Positions 48,711-58,584 of a stretch of 64,000 nt of DNA are shown piece by piece (position 1 is the first letter of the stretch; every line of letters begins with the position of its first letter). Made by a program: the position numbers and the translations under genes. The notes below the pieces were generated by a model that was not told the DNA's origin, searched no databases, and saw nothing but the letters and a program-made list of their open reading frames with translations. The DNA comes from a virus: the IMG/VR virus record IMGVR_UViG_3300028635_000005. One strand, given 5' to 3'.

Positions 48711-50912
48711 TTAAAATTTTTCCATAAGGTGAAAACTTTCAATAGCTTTATTCATTTTATATTTGTTAATAAAACCACTTTCAACTAAATATTTAAAGTC
48801 TTCTATGTTAACCCCACATATATTAAAAAACATTTCCTTATCTTTTGTTTTAAAAATATCTTCTACTTTTTCTTCGGCTTCATCGGATACTACTAAAAAA
48901 TTAGGAATAGCGCTTGTTATTGTTCGGGCTTTATTAATCAATTCATTTATTAAAATCTTTCTTTCCTTTTTGTTTCTTTCTCCTTCAATAGTTGTTTTAA
49001 ATGTTTTTCCTTTGCCACAATCATCTTCTGATACATTCAAATCTTCTATTTTTCCGTTCGGTGTTTTTTCTACATTAGACAATATGTCTATCATTTTTGA
49101 ATCTATGTCAACTCTTTTATTAAACATCCAATCACGATTAAATTTGGCAATGGTGTTTGTTGCATCAGCACCAATCTTTACAATTTTACTAAGTAACTCT
49201 TCGACGTTTGATTCAATAAGTTGATTTCCTTCATATGCCATAACTCTCATTGTATCAAGAAGCCTACGAATTATTTGCAAGTTTGATGTTTCAGTGCTAC
49301 CGTTTTCTTCGGCAAAGTTATACATCATGTTCAATGCCCTGTTGGGATTAAAGTCAAAAATATAAGCATCTGTTTTAGCCGCTTCTTTATTAGGGGTTTT
49401 CCCGCGAAATGCTGCTTGCCAGTATGTTTGTACACTTTCAAGTTCATTAAGAAAAAAGACACTATTCCATTCCTTAACAGTTACACCAGTATTTAATTTT
49501 CCACAAGAGATTGTAATAGTTCCAACATAATTTTTGCCATTTGCTATTTGATTATCAACTTTAAAAATGGCATCACGTACAAGATTTAATGTGTCATTAC
49601 TTTCACCATCATTATCTCCGGCTGCAACCACTATTTTATATTTTGAGAAAAAAGAATGATTATTAAGCATACGAGCCATGGCTTTAACTGAGTTAACAGA
49701 AGTCATGTACCAATACATATGCTTAAGGTGCTTTTTAATTTTATCATCATTAAAAGGTGATCTCAAAAAACGAGGTTCTGGTGTTGCAAGATTATCAAGA
49801 AAAGTTTGTACTGATGCCTCATGTTCAAATACGAATTCATCGTTGGCCGCAAAAAATTTGTTTAAAGTAAGGCGTTCATTTTCATCAAAGGCATCAATAT
49901 ATTTAAGAATTTCATCTGAAATTTTGTATGTATATAAATTTATACGGGGAAGCCACTTATATGCTTCATTTTCAGGATCAGCTTTCTTTGTATGCTGTTC
50001 ATCTATATAACTCCAAGAATAAATTTGATCTTCATCATAATATCCTGATGATATAAGATTAATAGGAGTACCTGAAAGATCAAGACGATAAGAATAATTT
50101 AACGTTTTAATAAAAGCCTGTGCTTTATCTGAAGGAAATCCGAAATGAACTTCATCAATGATTACAAGATCAAAATGTTCATGCAATGCTTTATTCCATT
50201 TTTCTTTGGGTTTTCCATTTAAGTTTTTCCCTAAAATATCTTGGAATGAAGAAAATAAAACAAAATTTTCTTTGTCGGTGATATTTATGGGTTCATTTTT
50301 TGAAAAATCAAGAGAATGTAAAAATTCATAGCCTTCAAATTTAACTTCATTAAGAAGATCTGTTTCCCATGAGTCTCCTACCGCAGGTTTGTACGTAAGA
50401 ATAAGGACTCTTTTTGCATTCATTTTTTTCATGAGACTATATGCAGCAAAAGTTTTTCCAAAACGCATTATAGCATTAAAGAGAAAAACGTTTCCTTTTT
50501 TATTGGAAAAATAATCATAAGCCTTATTAACTGCATCTCCCTGTTCCGTACGTAGTGTATAATTATTAGGTCTTTGTATATTAGTCGTAAGCTTATTGTA
50601 TGCAGCAAAAATAGGTTTAGGCGTTATAGTCTCAAACCATTCACCTCCTACTCGATAGGGACGCAATATTTTATGGAGTTTACTCTCAAGGTCTGATGAA
50701 TTCATGTTAATATCATCGGCGTTAAAAACATGAATAAGTTCTACCTTTTCATCTCTATTACCGGCAGTAAATTGTTCACGTATGCGAATCATTGCAGCTT
50801 CTTCAATAGTTTCAGCTTTTCTATCAGCTTTACCCACTTTAAATCGACCAAGAGATTTCTTTACATCTGTGGTGTATACATAGACACTACGCCACAATTT
50901 TGTGTTTTCCAT
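48711..50912 (-). CDS. restriction-type SF2 helicase (ResIII-like) with N-terminal T5orf172/GIY-YIG-like nuclease domain
   Basis: VYVY...FKVGKA...RIREQ...ESKLH...EWF; NAIMRFGKT, DEVH, LSGTP, QAAFRGKTP. Confidence 0.8.
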   Translation of the reverse strand: MENTKLWRSVYVYTTDVKKSLGRFKVGKADRKAETIEEAAMIRIREQFTAGNRDEKVELIHVFNADDINMNSSDLESKLHKILRPYRVGGEWFETITPKPIFAAYNKLTTNIQRPNNYTLRTEQGDAVNKAYDYFSNKKGNVFLFNAIMRFGKTFAAYSLMKKMNAKRVLILTYKPAVGDSWETDLLNEVKFEGYEFLHSLDFSKNEPINITDKENFVLFSSFQDILGKNLNGKPKEKWNKALHEHFDLVIIDEVHFGFPSDKAQAFIKTLNYSYRLDLSGTPINLISSGYYDEDQIYSWSYIDEQHTKKADPENEAYKWLPRINLYTYKISDEILKYIDAFDENERLTLNKFFAANDEFVFEHEASVQTFLDNLATPEPRFLRSPFNDDKIKKHLKHMYWYMTSVNSVKAMARMLNNHSFFSKYKIVVAAGDNDGESNDTLNLVRDAIFKVDNQIANGKNYVGTITISCGKLNTGVTVKEWNSVFFLNELESVQTYWQAAFRGKTPNKEAAKTDAYIFDFNPNRALNMMYNFAEENGSTETSNLQIIRRLLDTMRVMAYEGNQLIESNVEELLSKIVKIGADATNTIAKFNRDWMFNKRVDIDSKMIDILSNVEKTPNGKIEDLNVSEDDCGKGKTFKTTIEGERNKKERKILINELINKARTITSAIPNFLVVSDEAEEKVEDIFKTKDKEMFFNICGVNIEDFKYLVESGFINKYKMNKAIESFHLMEKF

Positions 50913-51022
50913 ATTATTTTTAACTTATATTGCAAATATAAACAAAAATTTTAAGATATGAAAATATTTAGCTAACTTTTTACGGTTAAAGTTAAAATTT
51001 TGACGTTTTATAACAAAGGATT

Positions 51023-52354
51023 TTAGTTAACGTGGGATTCAATATAATTAATTTCTTCTGACGTAAGATTAAAATATTTATAGATATCTTTATCCGTCCA
51101 ATTTTTTGTAAAATCGACCTTTGGGATATTTTTTGCAACTATAGTTGTAACAAATCCACTATATCGATTATTTTGTATTAAAAATTTTATCAATTTTGAA
51201 TTCATATAACTGATAACAGATTCTTTGTTATCATTTTTATCCAATTTTACTATCCAATTTTGATTATTTGCAATACCCAATTTATCAAAATCTACATAAG
51301 GTCTAAATTTATCAGCGCCACCTTTAGGGATTATAATTTTGTTAAATCTATAATTATCTGGTTTTTCATAATACGCATAGTGTGCTTTATCTAAATTTCC
51401 GCCTATAACATAAGCTTTATATTTATGCGTTGCCGTTTTTACATTTGATCTATCTTCGGGTTTATAAAATATTCCTACAGATTTTATCTGTAATTTAGGA
51501 ATATTTTTATTAAATAATGTTTTATTATTAATTAATATTGCTAAAGAATTAAAGTCCCTTGGCATCATGTCTATGTCTTTAATATCTATTATCATTTTTC
51601 CTTCATCTGTAATTAATTCAGTACCATTATAATTTTTTGATTTTTTCATAAGAAATACACTAAATGAAGATGCGACAGAAAAATATTTTTTAATATCTTT
51701 TGAGACATTCAAATATTTTAGATTATATTTTTTAAAAATATCTATTAATTTTACGCGTCCTTTTCTAATGTCATATGTTCCGGCTAACCATGTCGGAGGA
51801 GTTATTAACATTAAATAGGCATCATTTTTAATAAGTTCTATTCCCTTTTGTATAAAAAGGGCCCATAAAGGTTGTTTATAAGCTTTAACTTTATTTCCTT
51901 TACTTTGTCGATTTTCTAAACTTTGATATGGAGGGTTTCCTACTATTACATCAAACTTAGGCATATCTTCTATTTTTATTTTATTTATATCTTCGATTAT
52001 TCCCACCTTGTTAACATCGTCTTTGCTTCCATAGATCATCTTGCTTACTAGCCATTTGTTTCTTTCCACGTTAACATAAGCCTTAACCATATTATTTATA
52101 ATATGCTTATATCTTTCAGTTTCATCTTTTATAGGTAAGCTTCTCATTAGTCGTATTATCACCTCGAGAATAAAGACTCCACTTTTAGCACAAGGATCAC
52201 ACCATAAGAGATTTGGGTTAGACCAAACTTCGGGCGGAAGTCTGTCAAGCATTTCTTCAACAAGTTTAGCAGGAGTAAATACTTCCTCATTGCTTGGGGA
52301 ATTCAAATATGATAGCAGTTTTTTTCTTTTTTCAAGCTGTTCTATTATGGACAT
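51023..52354 (-). CDS. Eco57I-like N6-adenine methyltransferase/TRD protein (paralog B)
   Basis: N-terminal ~145 aa nearly identical to paralog A; FDVIVGNPPYQ; divergent TRD region. Confidence 0.8.
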   Translation of the reverse strand: MSIIEQLEKRKKLLSYLNSPSNEEVFTPAKLVEEMLDRLPPEVWSNPNLLWCDPCAKSGVFILEVIIRLMRSLPIKDETERYKHIINNMVKAYVNVERNKWLVSKMIYGSKDDVNKVGIIEDINKIKIEDMPKFDVIVGNPPYQSLENRQSKGNKVKAYKQPLWALFIQKGIELIKNDAYLMLITPPTWLAGTYDIRKGRVKLIDIFKKYNLKYLNVSKDIKKYFSVASSFSVFLMKKSKNYNGTELITDEGKMIIDIKDIDMMPRDFNSLAILINNKTLFNKNIPKLQIKSVGIFYKPEDRSNVKTATHKYKAYVIGGNLDKAHYAYYEKPDNYRFNKIIIPKGGADKFRPYVDFDKLGIANNQNWIVKLDKNDNKESVISYMNSKLIKFLIQNNRYSGFVTTIVAKNIPKVDFTKNWTDKDIYKYFNLTSEEINYIESHVN

Positions 52355-52460
52355 AACTATATCTGTTGTTTTATAAATATAAACAAAAATCCTGAAATAA
52401 AAAAATTTCAGGATACTTTTTTTAACAAAATTTTAAAAGAATATATAAATAAAAAGAATT

Positions 52461-52847
52461 ATGATACTTCCGGGCAACTTAACTAATACTCTTCCTAAAG
52501 TTATCTATGAAGAGTTTGAAGGAACTTTAAGCATTAGTGGTCGTTCAACTTCTCCCGAGGTTGAAGAGTACTTTGAAGAATTTATCCCATACCTTAAAGA
52601 TAATTTAATCAAAGATCCTATCGACATAGTTGCTTCTTTTGATTTTGATTTTTTTAACACCAAAACATCTCGTATCATTATGAAAATTCTTTATATTCTT
52701 AAGAAACATGTCTATGATGCAGGCAAAAACTTAAAAATTTCATGGGCGTATGAAGAAGGTGATGAGGATTTATTTGAGGCCGGCAAAGATTACGAAGATA
52801 TTATAAAAATCCCGTTTGAGTTTATCGAAAAACCAATGCCCGAATAA
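52461..52847 (+). CDS. siaC: SiaC/DUF1987 family regulatory phosphoprotein
   Basis: LPKV...GTLSISGRS..PE...YF...FDFFNTKTS...L...ISWAYEEGDEDLFEAGKDY; the only well-supported plus-strand gene; late motif at 52441-52449. Confidence 0.82.
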   Translation: MILPGNLTNTLPKVIYEEFEGTLSISGRSTSPEVEEYFEEFIPYLKDNLIKDPIDIVASFDFDFFNTKTSRIIMKILYILKKHVYDAGKNLKISWAYEEGDEDLFEAGKDYEDIIKIPFEFIEKPMPE

Positions 52848-52850
52848 TTT

Positions 52851-53348
52851 TTATACTGAAGGAACTTCTACTTCCATGGCAGCTTTTCCAAAGAAATTTT
52901 TATGCTTTTCTACATAATCAAAAATGTATATAAATTTGCTGTTATTCCCAGGTTCAAATGAATCATATAGTTTGGGCGCATGTAGTTTAATACATTCTCT
53001 AAGTTTTTCAACACTTAGCCAAAGTAACTTATTCGTATAAGAGGGATGATTCAAAATGATATATCTGGCTCTTGATTCTTCTAAAACATTTGTTTGATTA
53101 TGAGAAATTATTGTATACGTTTTAGCATATTTAACATCTATGGGTACAATAAATTTTCCCAAAAATGGAGTAGAACTATCAAAATTTAAAAAATAATCAA
53201 TTTTGCCTCTTGTATCTTGTTCAAATGTTGCAGGCGTGGCATTAACAATATAGCCCTTTGACGTAAGAAATTTTAGAACTTTTTCCAATACTGAAGATTG
53301 TTGATATATGCCTCTAGCTTTAAATACAGTGCTTCCGTATCCCACCAT
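52851..53348 (-). CDS. putative PD-(D/E)XK-fold nuclease
   Basis: EQDTRGKIDYFL...PIDVKY pattern. Confidence 0.4.
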   Translation of the reverse strand: MVGYGSTVFKARGIYQQSSVLEKVLKFLTSKGYIVNATPATFEQDTRGKIDYFLNFDSSTPFLGKFIVPIDVKYAKTYTIISHNQTNVLEESRARYIILNHPSYTNKLLWLSVEKLRECIKLHAPKLYDSFEPGNNSKFIYIFDYVEKHKNFFGKAAMEVEVPSV

Positions 53349-53625
53349 TACAATTACATTTTTTAGAAGTTAATGACATGTTTGCGCCCGCCAAATAAAT
53401 ATTGGTTAAAAACATTTGCATTCTGGGCAAAGCATGTATGTGTTTCACGGCATCCAAATAAGAAATTTTCTTTTTAAAAGACACCACTGTTTTAGGATTT
53501 TCAAGTATGTTCACGAATATAGCCTTTAATTCCTCAAGACTATATTTTGAAAAATTCATGATAATATACTCAAGTTGGGCACTAACCACGTTAAATGTCT
53601 TAGAATTTCGCGTTAAGTCTATCAT
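53320..53625 (-). CDS. hypothetical protein
   Basis: 101-aa ORF packed with neighbours. Confidence 0.5.
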   Translation of the reverse strand: MIDLTRNSKTFNVVSAQLEYIIMNFSKYSLEELKAIFVNILENPKTVVSFKKKISYLDAVKHIHALPRMQMFLTNIYLAGANMSLTSKKCNCNGGIRKHCI

Positions 53626-53627
53626 CT

Positions 53628-54281
53628 TTATTCGTTATCTATAATTTTCTTGATATTTGCCAATGCCTGCTCAATATCATTATAAACATTGATAAGATTG
53701 TTCTTAAGTTCTTCAGATTCCTCCTTACGTTCAAATGCTTCCCCAACAGACCCAAGATGATTACATTCTTTTCCGCAATTGAATGCTTCTTTAATAGCCG
53801 TATATATTGAATATACAAGTTCTTCGTCTTCAAGTTCTTTAGTATATTTTTCAAAAAATTCTTTAAAAGAAATCAATTCACCAGTTTCATGGAATGATTC
53901 ACTTCTAAATTCAAAAAATAATTGTGGAATAGCTGATAATTTGCAAGGAACTTTCCAATCATTTTTCTTATAAACTATTTGTTTTAAGTCATCAATTCTT
54001 CCCATAACTTTATCTACAATAGCATCCATAGACATGTCGAAAATTTCGTCTCTTAGCATCCACGTATATTTAGGATGTTTAAAATTGTCTAGAGAACGAC
54101 GCTCAAACATTACATCTTTTATTGCACGGATTTCTATTTTATTCCAATACTGCGGAATAATAGTCGTAATCGGATCTCCAAACTTATATTTTGTTGAATA
54201 TAATTTATGAATACGTCGCCACTGATGTTTAAGATCTTCACGATAATTGTCTCTCAGTTCTTTCTGTTTCTTGTAGTTCAT
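53628..54281 (-). CDS. hypothetical protein
   Basis: 217-aa ORF. Confidence 0.55.
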   Translation of the reverse strand: MNYKKQKELRDNYREDLKHQWRRIHKLYSTKYKFGDPITTIIPQYWNKIEIRAIKDVMFERRSLDNFKHPKYTWMLRDEIFDMSMDAIVDKVMGRIDDLKQIVYKKNDWKVPCKLSAIPQLFFEFRSESFHETGELISFKEFFEKYTKELEDEELVYSIYTAIKEAFNCGKECNHLGSVGEAFERKEESEELKNNLINVYNDIEQALANIKKIIDNE

Positions 54282-54495
54282 AATGCGTATTTTTAAATAT
54301 TTTCATAAGCATGTTTACTGCACAAGATAAGCAAAATACGTTAACGCCTATACCAAACCATTCTTTTAACGAAAGGTTTTGCTTAAGAATTTTGCCACAT
54401 TTGCGACATATGATAGCGCCACGCCCTTTGTTAAATCTTATCTTTGGACGTAAGCGTTTTCTTAATTCGGGCAAATATCTAAATCGGCGATACAT
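54238..54495 (-). CDS. small basic Zn-ribbon protein
   Basis: CRKC...CLSC. Confidence 0.5.
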   Translation of the reverse strand: MYRRFRYLPELRKRLRPKIRFNKGRGAIICRKCGKILKQNLSLKEWFGIGVNVFCLSCAVNMLMKIFKNTHYELQETERTERQLS

Positions 54496-54501
54496 AGTAT
54501 T

Positions 54502-54963
54502 TCAAAATCCTTTAGATGATTCAGGTTCTTTAATTATATGTTGTTTTTTTAATGCATCTATAGCAATATTAAGTATCTCGTTGAAAACGTTGTCATTTAT
54601 TTCCATACTTCTTTGTAGATTATCTTCCCAAATTGTTTCCTCAAATCCAATTGCATAAGGTGTATCATCTATTATTGTAATTCCTATTCCCTGAGGAATA
54701 TTTGCATCACGAAATCCTGTTACTTTGTAGTACACGTGTATTGTATCAGAATCGTATCTTATGAAACATTTATTAATGTATTTTTGACGAAAATCAATAT
54801 CATTAAGCGCGTCAATTTTTTCAATTGCTCTACGATATATAAGATATTCATTATACACCTGATCCATCACTTCACGAATTTCAGCACGTTTTTTATTTAG
54901 GTCTTCAAGTGAAGCATTCCAGTTAATTTCAAGGTTTCCTATTTTTTCAATATTTTTTTTCAT
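54502..54963 (-). CDS. hypothetical protein
   Basis: 153-aa ORF with an N-terminal coiled coil. Confidence 0.55.
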   Translation of the reverse strand: MKKNIEKIGNLEINWNASLEDLNKKRAEIREVMDQVYNEYLIYRRAIEKIDALNDIDFRQKYINKCFIRYDSDTIHVYYKVTGFRDANIPQGIGITIIDDTPYAIGFEETIWEDNLQRSMEINDNVFNEILNIAIDALKKQHIIKEPESSKGF

Positions 54964-55073
54964 AACAGTATAAATTTTCGCTAAATAACTTTACCCTTGA
55001 ATTATATGTACTATTTTTAATTTGTTTTGCACGAGATGCAATAAAATAAGCTTCTTTTCTATCAATAAATCGG

Positions 55074-56306
55074 TTACTTATTCATATCATACGTTCTTGA
55101 CTTCACTTTAAATGAAAGACGATTATAATCAGAACGTGTTATTCGAGCTTTTCCTGGGATTACATCCTTTGCGACAAAAACAAATCCTTCAATAAGCTGT
55201 TTAGGGTTATTCCCAAAAACAGTTGTAGTTACATCAGCCTCCTTAAGAACATCTTCAGCTTTTTCTGGAAAAACAAAGTTTTCATCAAGAATAGGAACAG
55301 TCATAAGTCCCATTTCATTAATTGCATTAATAAAATTGTCATATTTCATGTACTCCTGTTGATCAATAAGGAATGCATTATAAAAGCAAACAGTTTGGCC
55401 TTTAAGTTTATAGATATTTTTTTGAATACCTTCACCTACAAGTTCACCTTGGATTGCAAAGTTATCAATAGAATGCTTTTCTATAAATATGCGCATCTTT
55501 TTCTCAAGCTCAAGCTTCTTAGCTACTTTCCAGTATACATTCATTTTATCAAATGGAATGTCATCATCAGGTTCCTTATAATCAATAGTACGACCACAGA
55601 CTCCAAACTTTCCATCTTTGATATAAGCTGCAAAAGATGTCCCTTCAAGTTTTTCAGATTTATAGTATACAAATTGTTTAATCTGTTCATACTTATCAGA
55701 AAGATTCTCAATTCGTTCTTCATCAGAAACAAGAATTCCTATCGCCTGAAGCATACCTTTAGCATCACCTCCCATAACAGCTGGGTCAGGAGCAATATAC
55801 TGAGTGATTCCAAGAATATCAGTTACATCAGTTCCTTCAATTCCCTCTGGGTTTTGTGTAACAAGGATCGATTGCCATTCGTTTGGGATAATAGAAATCG
55901 GGAAGCATATCCCCTGGGAAATTTCTCCAAAAATTTTTCGTGTTTTAATGTGGAATTTTTTATCACGAAGAAATTCGAATTCAGGACGAGTATTTTCCTT
56001 AATGATTTCTGCCATTTTTGCACGAAGTTCATTTTTTTCTTCTTCAGTTACTATTTTTGACATTTGCTTGTTAAGTGCTTTCCACTCTTCTCTCTTTTCT
56101 TCGGACAAACCATCAGGCATTATTGAATCAACTTCAACATAGACGCAAAGATCGCCGGGTTTGTATTCTCCCTTCTTTGCTACGCATTGCCAACCACGCA
56201 CAAACACCTTTTCAATGTTGTCTGCACCTTCAATGGACTTAACATCAAGGATTTTTGCAATAGTTGCAAGTTTTCTTACATTATCTAGTTCATTTATCTT
56301 TTCCAT
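55074..56306 (-). CDS. ATP-dependent RNA ligase, DRB0094/Rnl2-like (probable start MEKINE)
   Basis: RKLATIAKI...IEGADNIE...GWQCV..KGEY..GDLCVY.EVDS; motif I EKLEGTS; QGELVG; EGFV; SFKVKS. Confidence 0.88.
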   Translation of the reverse strand: MEKINELDNVRKLATIAKILDVKSIEGADNIEKVFVRGWQCVAKKGEYKPGDLCVYVEVDSIMPDGLSEEKREEWKALNKQMSKIVTEEEKNELRAKMAEIIKENTRPEFEFLRDKKFHIKTRKIFGEISQGICFPISIIPNEWQSILVTQNPEGIEGTDVTDILGITQYIAPDPAVMGGDAKGMLQAIGILVSDEERIENLSDKYEQIKQFVYYKSEKLEGTSFAAYIKDGKFGVCGRTIDYKEPDDDIPFDKMNVYWKVAKKLELEKKMRIFIEKHSIDNFAIQGELVGEGIQKNIYKLKGQTVCFYNAFLIDQQEYMKYDNFINAINEMGLMTVPILDENFVFPEKAEDVLKEADVTTTVFGNNPKQLIEGFVFVAKDVIPGKARITRSDYNRLSFKVKSRTYDMNK

Positions 56307-56500
56307 AATTTTCTTTCTTATTTTTTCTATGTATATAGATAGACATTGCATTAAATTCATTCATTTCTATTCTTTCAGAAGCTGCAGCTGGAACTGCCCT
56401 CATTAAATAATTTTCATAAGCTTCAACGCTTGTAAGACCAGTTTCTCTTACAAATGATTGTCTTTTTAAAATATCATTTTTTATTCTTAATGATTACTTT

Positions 56501-57418
56501 TTATATCACTTTACTGTAAAGATGTTTCACTTTAACATTAGAAAGACGATTCCATTTTTTGCCAACAATTTCACTATTATATTTCACTTTTCCTGAAATT
56601 TCGAGGCTTTTAGTATTCTTAAGTGTTGCAGTAACTTGATTTATTAGTTCAGGTGCAGGAATGAAATCATTATTTTCTTTATTGTATTTTGTTTGATATT
56701 CAAGATTAAGAGCTTTTGACAATTCCTTCACAGATAAGTTAAACATAAATCTATACATATCAGTTTCAGCTTTTACTTTAAAAGCTGTCATAGATGGAAC
56801 ATAGCCCATGTCCGCATATACTGTCGGGTTGGATCTTTTAAAACTTATTAAGTTAACAATGCCTTCAAACTTAGAGCCAATTTCAAGATAATTTTTTGTT
56901 TCAATAGTTCGGTTTTTTTCGCCAAGAGCCCTAAAGTAATCATCAGTAAGAGTTTTTACAAGTTCATACTGTTTCATTTGTTTTTGATTTTTAGGAAACA
57001 TGTTCTTTGACAACCAAATAATATATTGAGGGTCTTCAGCATAAATTTCACCGATTGTACTACCACGATATTTTCCAAAAGTAATCACTTCGGGCTGTAC
57101 GCCTTGCATTCCTTTAAGTGTTTCGTAATTCTCGAAATATATGGGTTGACATCCAGCCCTCTGTTTAGCTTTTTTAGCAGCCTCAACAATATTGGTTGAA
57201 AGATTGCCCAAATATATCATAGGATTCGTAAGAACTTTTGGCGAATATTTCCATAAAGTATAAAATACTTGATGGCGTCCAGTAACTCCAATATACATTT
57301 CGCCAAAGGAAGAGTCCCAATTAGGATCAACGCCGCTATTTATAATTTTTTCGGCTTCTTCAAGTTGTTCACTTGTAACTTCTTTTAAAGCAATCGAACG
57401 TATATTGTCCCTTTTCAT
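56501..57418 (-). CDS. hypothetical early protein with FGKYRG...PQYIIWL motif
   Basis: Internal ITFGKYRGSTIGEIYAEDPQYIIWL (DUF3820/exonuclease-X-C-like motif); host-type promoter at 57444-57451. Confidence 0.6.
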   Translation of the reverse strand: MKRDNIRSIALKEVTSEQLEEAEKIINSGVDPNWDSSFGEMYIGVTGRHQVFYTLWKYSPKVLTNPMIYLGNLSTNIVEAAKKAKQRAGCQPIYFENYETLKGMQGVQPEVITFGKYRGSTIGEIYAEDPQYIIWLSKNMFPKNQKQMKQYELVKTLTDDYFRALGEKNRTIETKNYLEIGSKFEGIVNLISFKRSNPTVYADMGYVPSMTAFKVKAETDMYRFMFNLSVKELSKALNLEYQTKYNKENNDFIPAPELINQVTATLKNTKSLEISGKVKYNSEIVGKKWNRLSNVKVKHLYSKVI

Positions 57419-57593
57419 AAAATATAAAATTTTAATTACAAGACAAATATAATCAAAATTCTTGACAAATAAAAATTTTTCTTTAAATAAAAATATAAAA
57501 AAGCCTGACTTTAAAAAATCAGGCGTGTTAAAAACTCGTTAAAAAATTATTTGAGATAAATCGATAACTTCACTAGTATAAAACAGTACAACA

Positions 57594-58544
57594 TTAATCA
57601 TCATCCTCGTATTCTTGCTCAAGATAATCTCTTATTAGATCGAAACCTTCTATGTCTTCATCGAGAACTTCAGATGCTAATTCATCAATATATTCTTGCG
57701 CTTCATCATCTTCGGCCTCTATTCTTTCATCGTCATCGAACAATTCATCATTAATTGTTTCAAGTAATTCTCCTTCCATAGCAGAATCTTCATAAGATTC
57801 TTCATCAAATTCACCCTTATGGATAAAATTTTCAAAGTATTCTCTAATAACATCTTTAACTTCTTCTTTTATGTTTTCTAGTCGATGTTTTGCAGAATAA
57901 TTGGCTATATCATCTTCATCATCATAATCTTTAATAGACTTAAAACTTTCATTCGTTTTCATATATTGCTTAAGTAATTCAACAATTTCTGTGTGACCCT
58001 TATATTTTGCCCAACGTAAAGCCTCATTATCTTTAGCATGAACATCAGCACCTGCATCTAATAAGATTTTAACTACCTCAAGATGGCCATATCTGCTTGC
58101 TAAACGTAAAGCTATATCATTATCAGTATGAACATCGGCACCAGCATCTAACAATTTTTTAACCGTATTTGCATAACCATATATACTTACAACTGTTAGA
58201 ATCCTATCCTTTTCTTCCTGAGACATATTTTCAAAATCTTGTTCTCGTATTTTTTTCGACAAATTCATTGTTGATTCGTTAAGTGATTCTCTAACGTATT
58301 TTACTGTTTGAAGGCGTCTTATCGGTTTTCTTAATTCAAATTCTCCGGTTTTAACATATTTTTTAAGTGCTTCTCCAAAACGTTGATCGACATCTAAATA
58401 TCCAGTGTCTTCTAATTCTTCTAATTCTTCAGAAGTTAAAAACTTTTGAACGGCTTCATCTTTTAAAAAACCTAATTTATTTTCCCCATAATAAAAAGTA
58501 ATATTATTTTCCGGATATGACATTTTTAACCAGTAGTTGCTCAT
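57594..58544 (-). CDS. ankyrin-repeat protein with extra N-terminal and acidic C-terminal domains
   Basis: Three 30-aa ankyrin-like units (LLDAGADVHxxxxxALRxASxxGHxEVV). Confidence 0.85.
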   Translation of the reverse strand: MSNYWLKMSYPENNITFYYGENKLGFLKDEAVQKFLTSEELEELEDTGYLDVDQRFGEALKKYVKTGEFELRKPIRRLQTVKYVRESLNESTMNLSKKIREQDFENMSQEEKDRILTVVSIYGYANTVKKLLDAGADVHTDNDIALRLASRYGHLEVVKILLDAGADVHAKDNEALRWAKYKGHTEIVELLKQYMKTNESFKSIKDYDDEDDIANYSAKHRLENIKEEVKDVIREYFENFIHKGEFDEESYEDSAMEGELLETINDELFDDDERIEAEDDEAQEYIDELASEVLDEDIEGFDLIRDYLEQEYEDDD

Positions 58545-58584
58545 AATATTTTATTATTTTAATTTAGTTCTTAGATTTTATCTT

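Noticed and set aside
29372-52414. Inverted repeats overlapping early promoters (29372-29396, 52389-52414) as a shared repressor operator
   Set aside because: The two stems differ in sequence and the first has a U-tract consistent with the terminator of the upstream gene, so no common operator can be supported.
56290-56490. Open frame in the gap before the RNA ligase (…ETGLTSVEAYENYLMRAVPAAASERIEMNEF…)
   Set aside because: There is no clear start codon for the full frame (the first ATG gives only 37 aa), so it cannot be distinguished from a chance frame or a frameshifted remnant.
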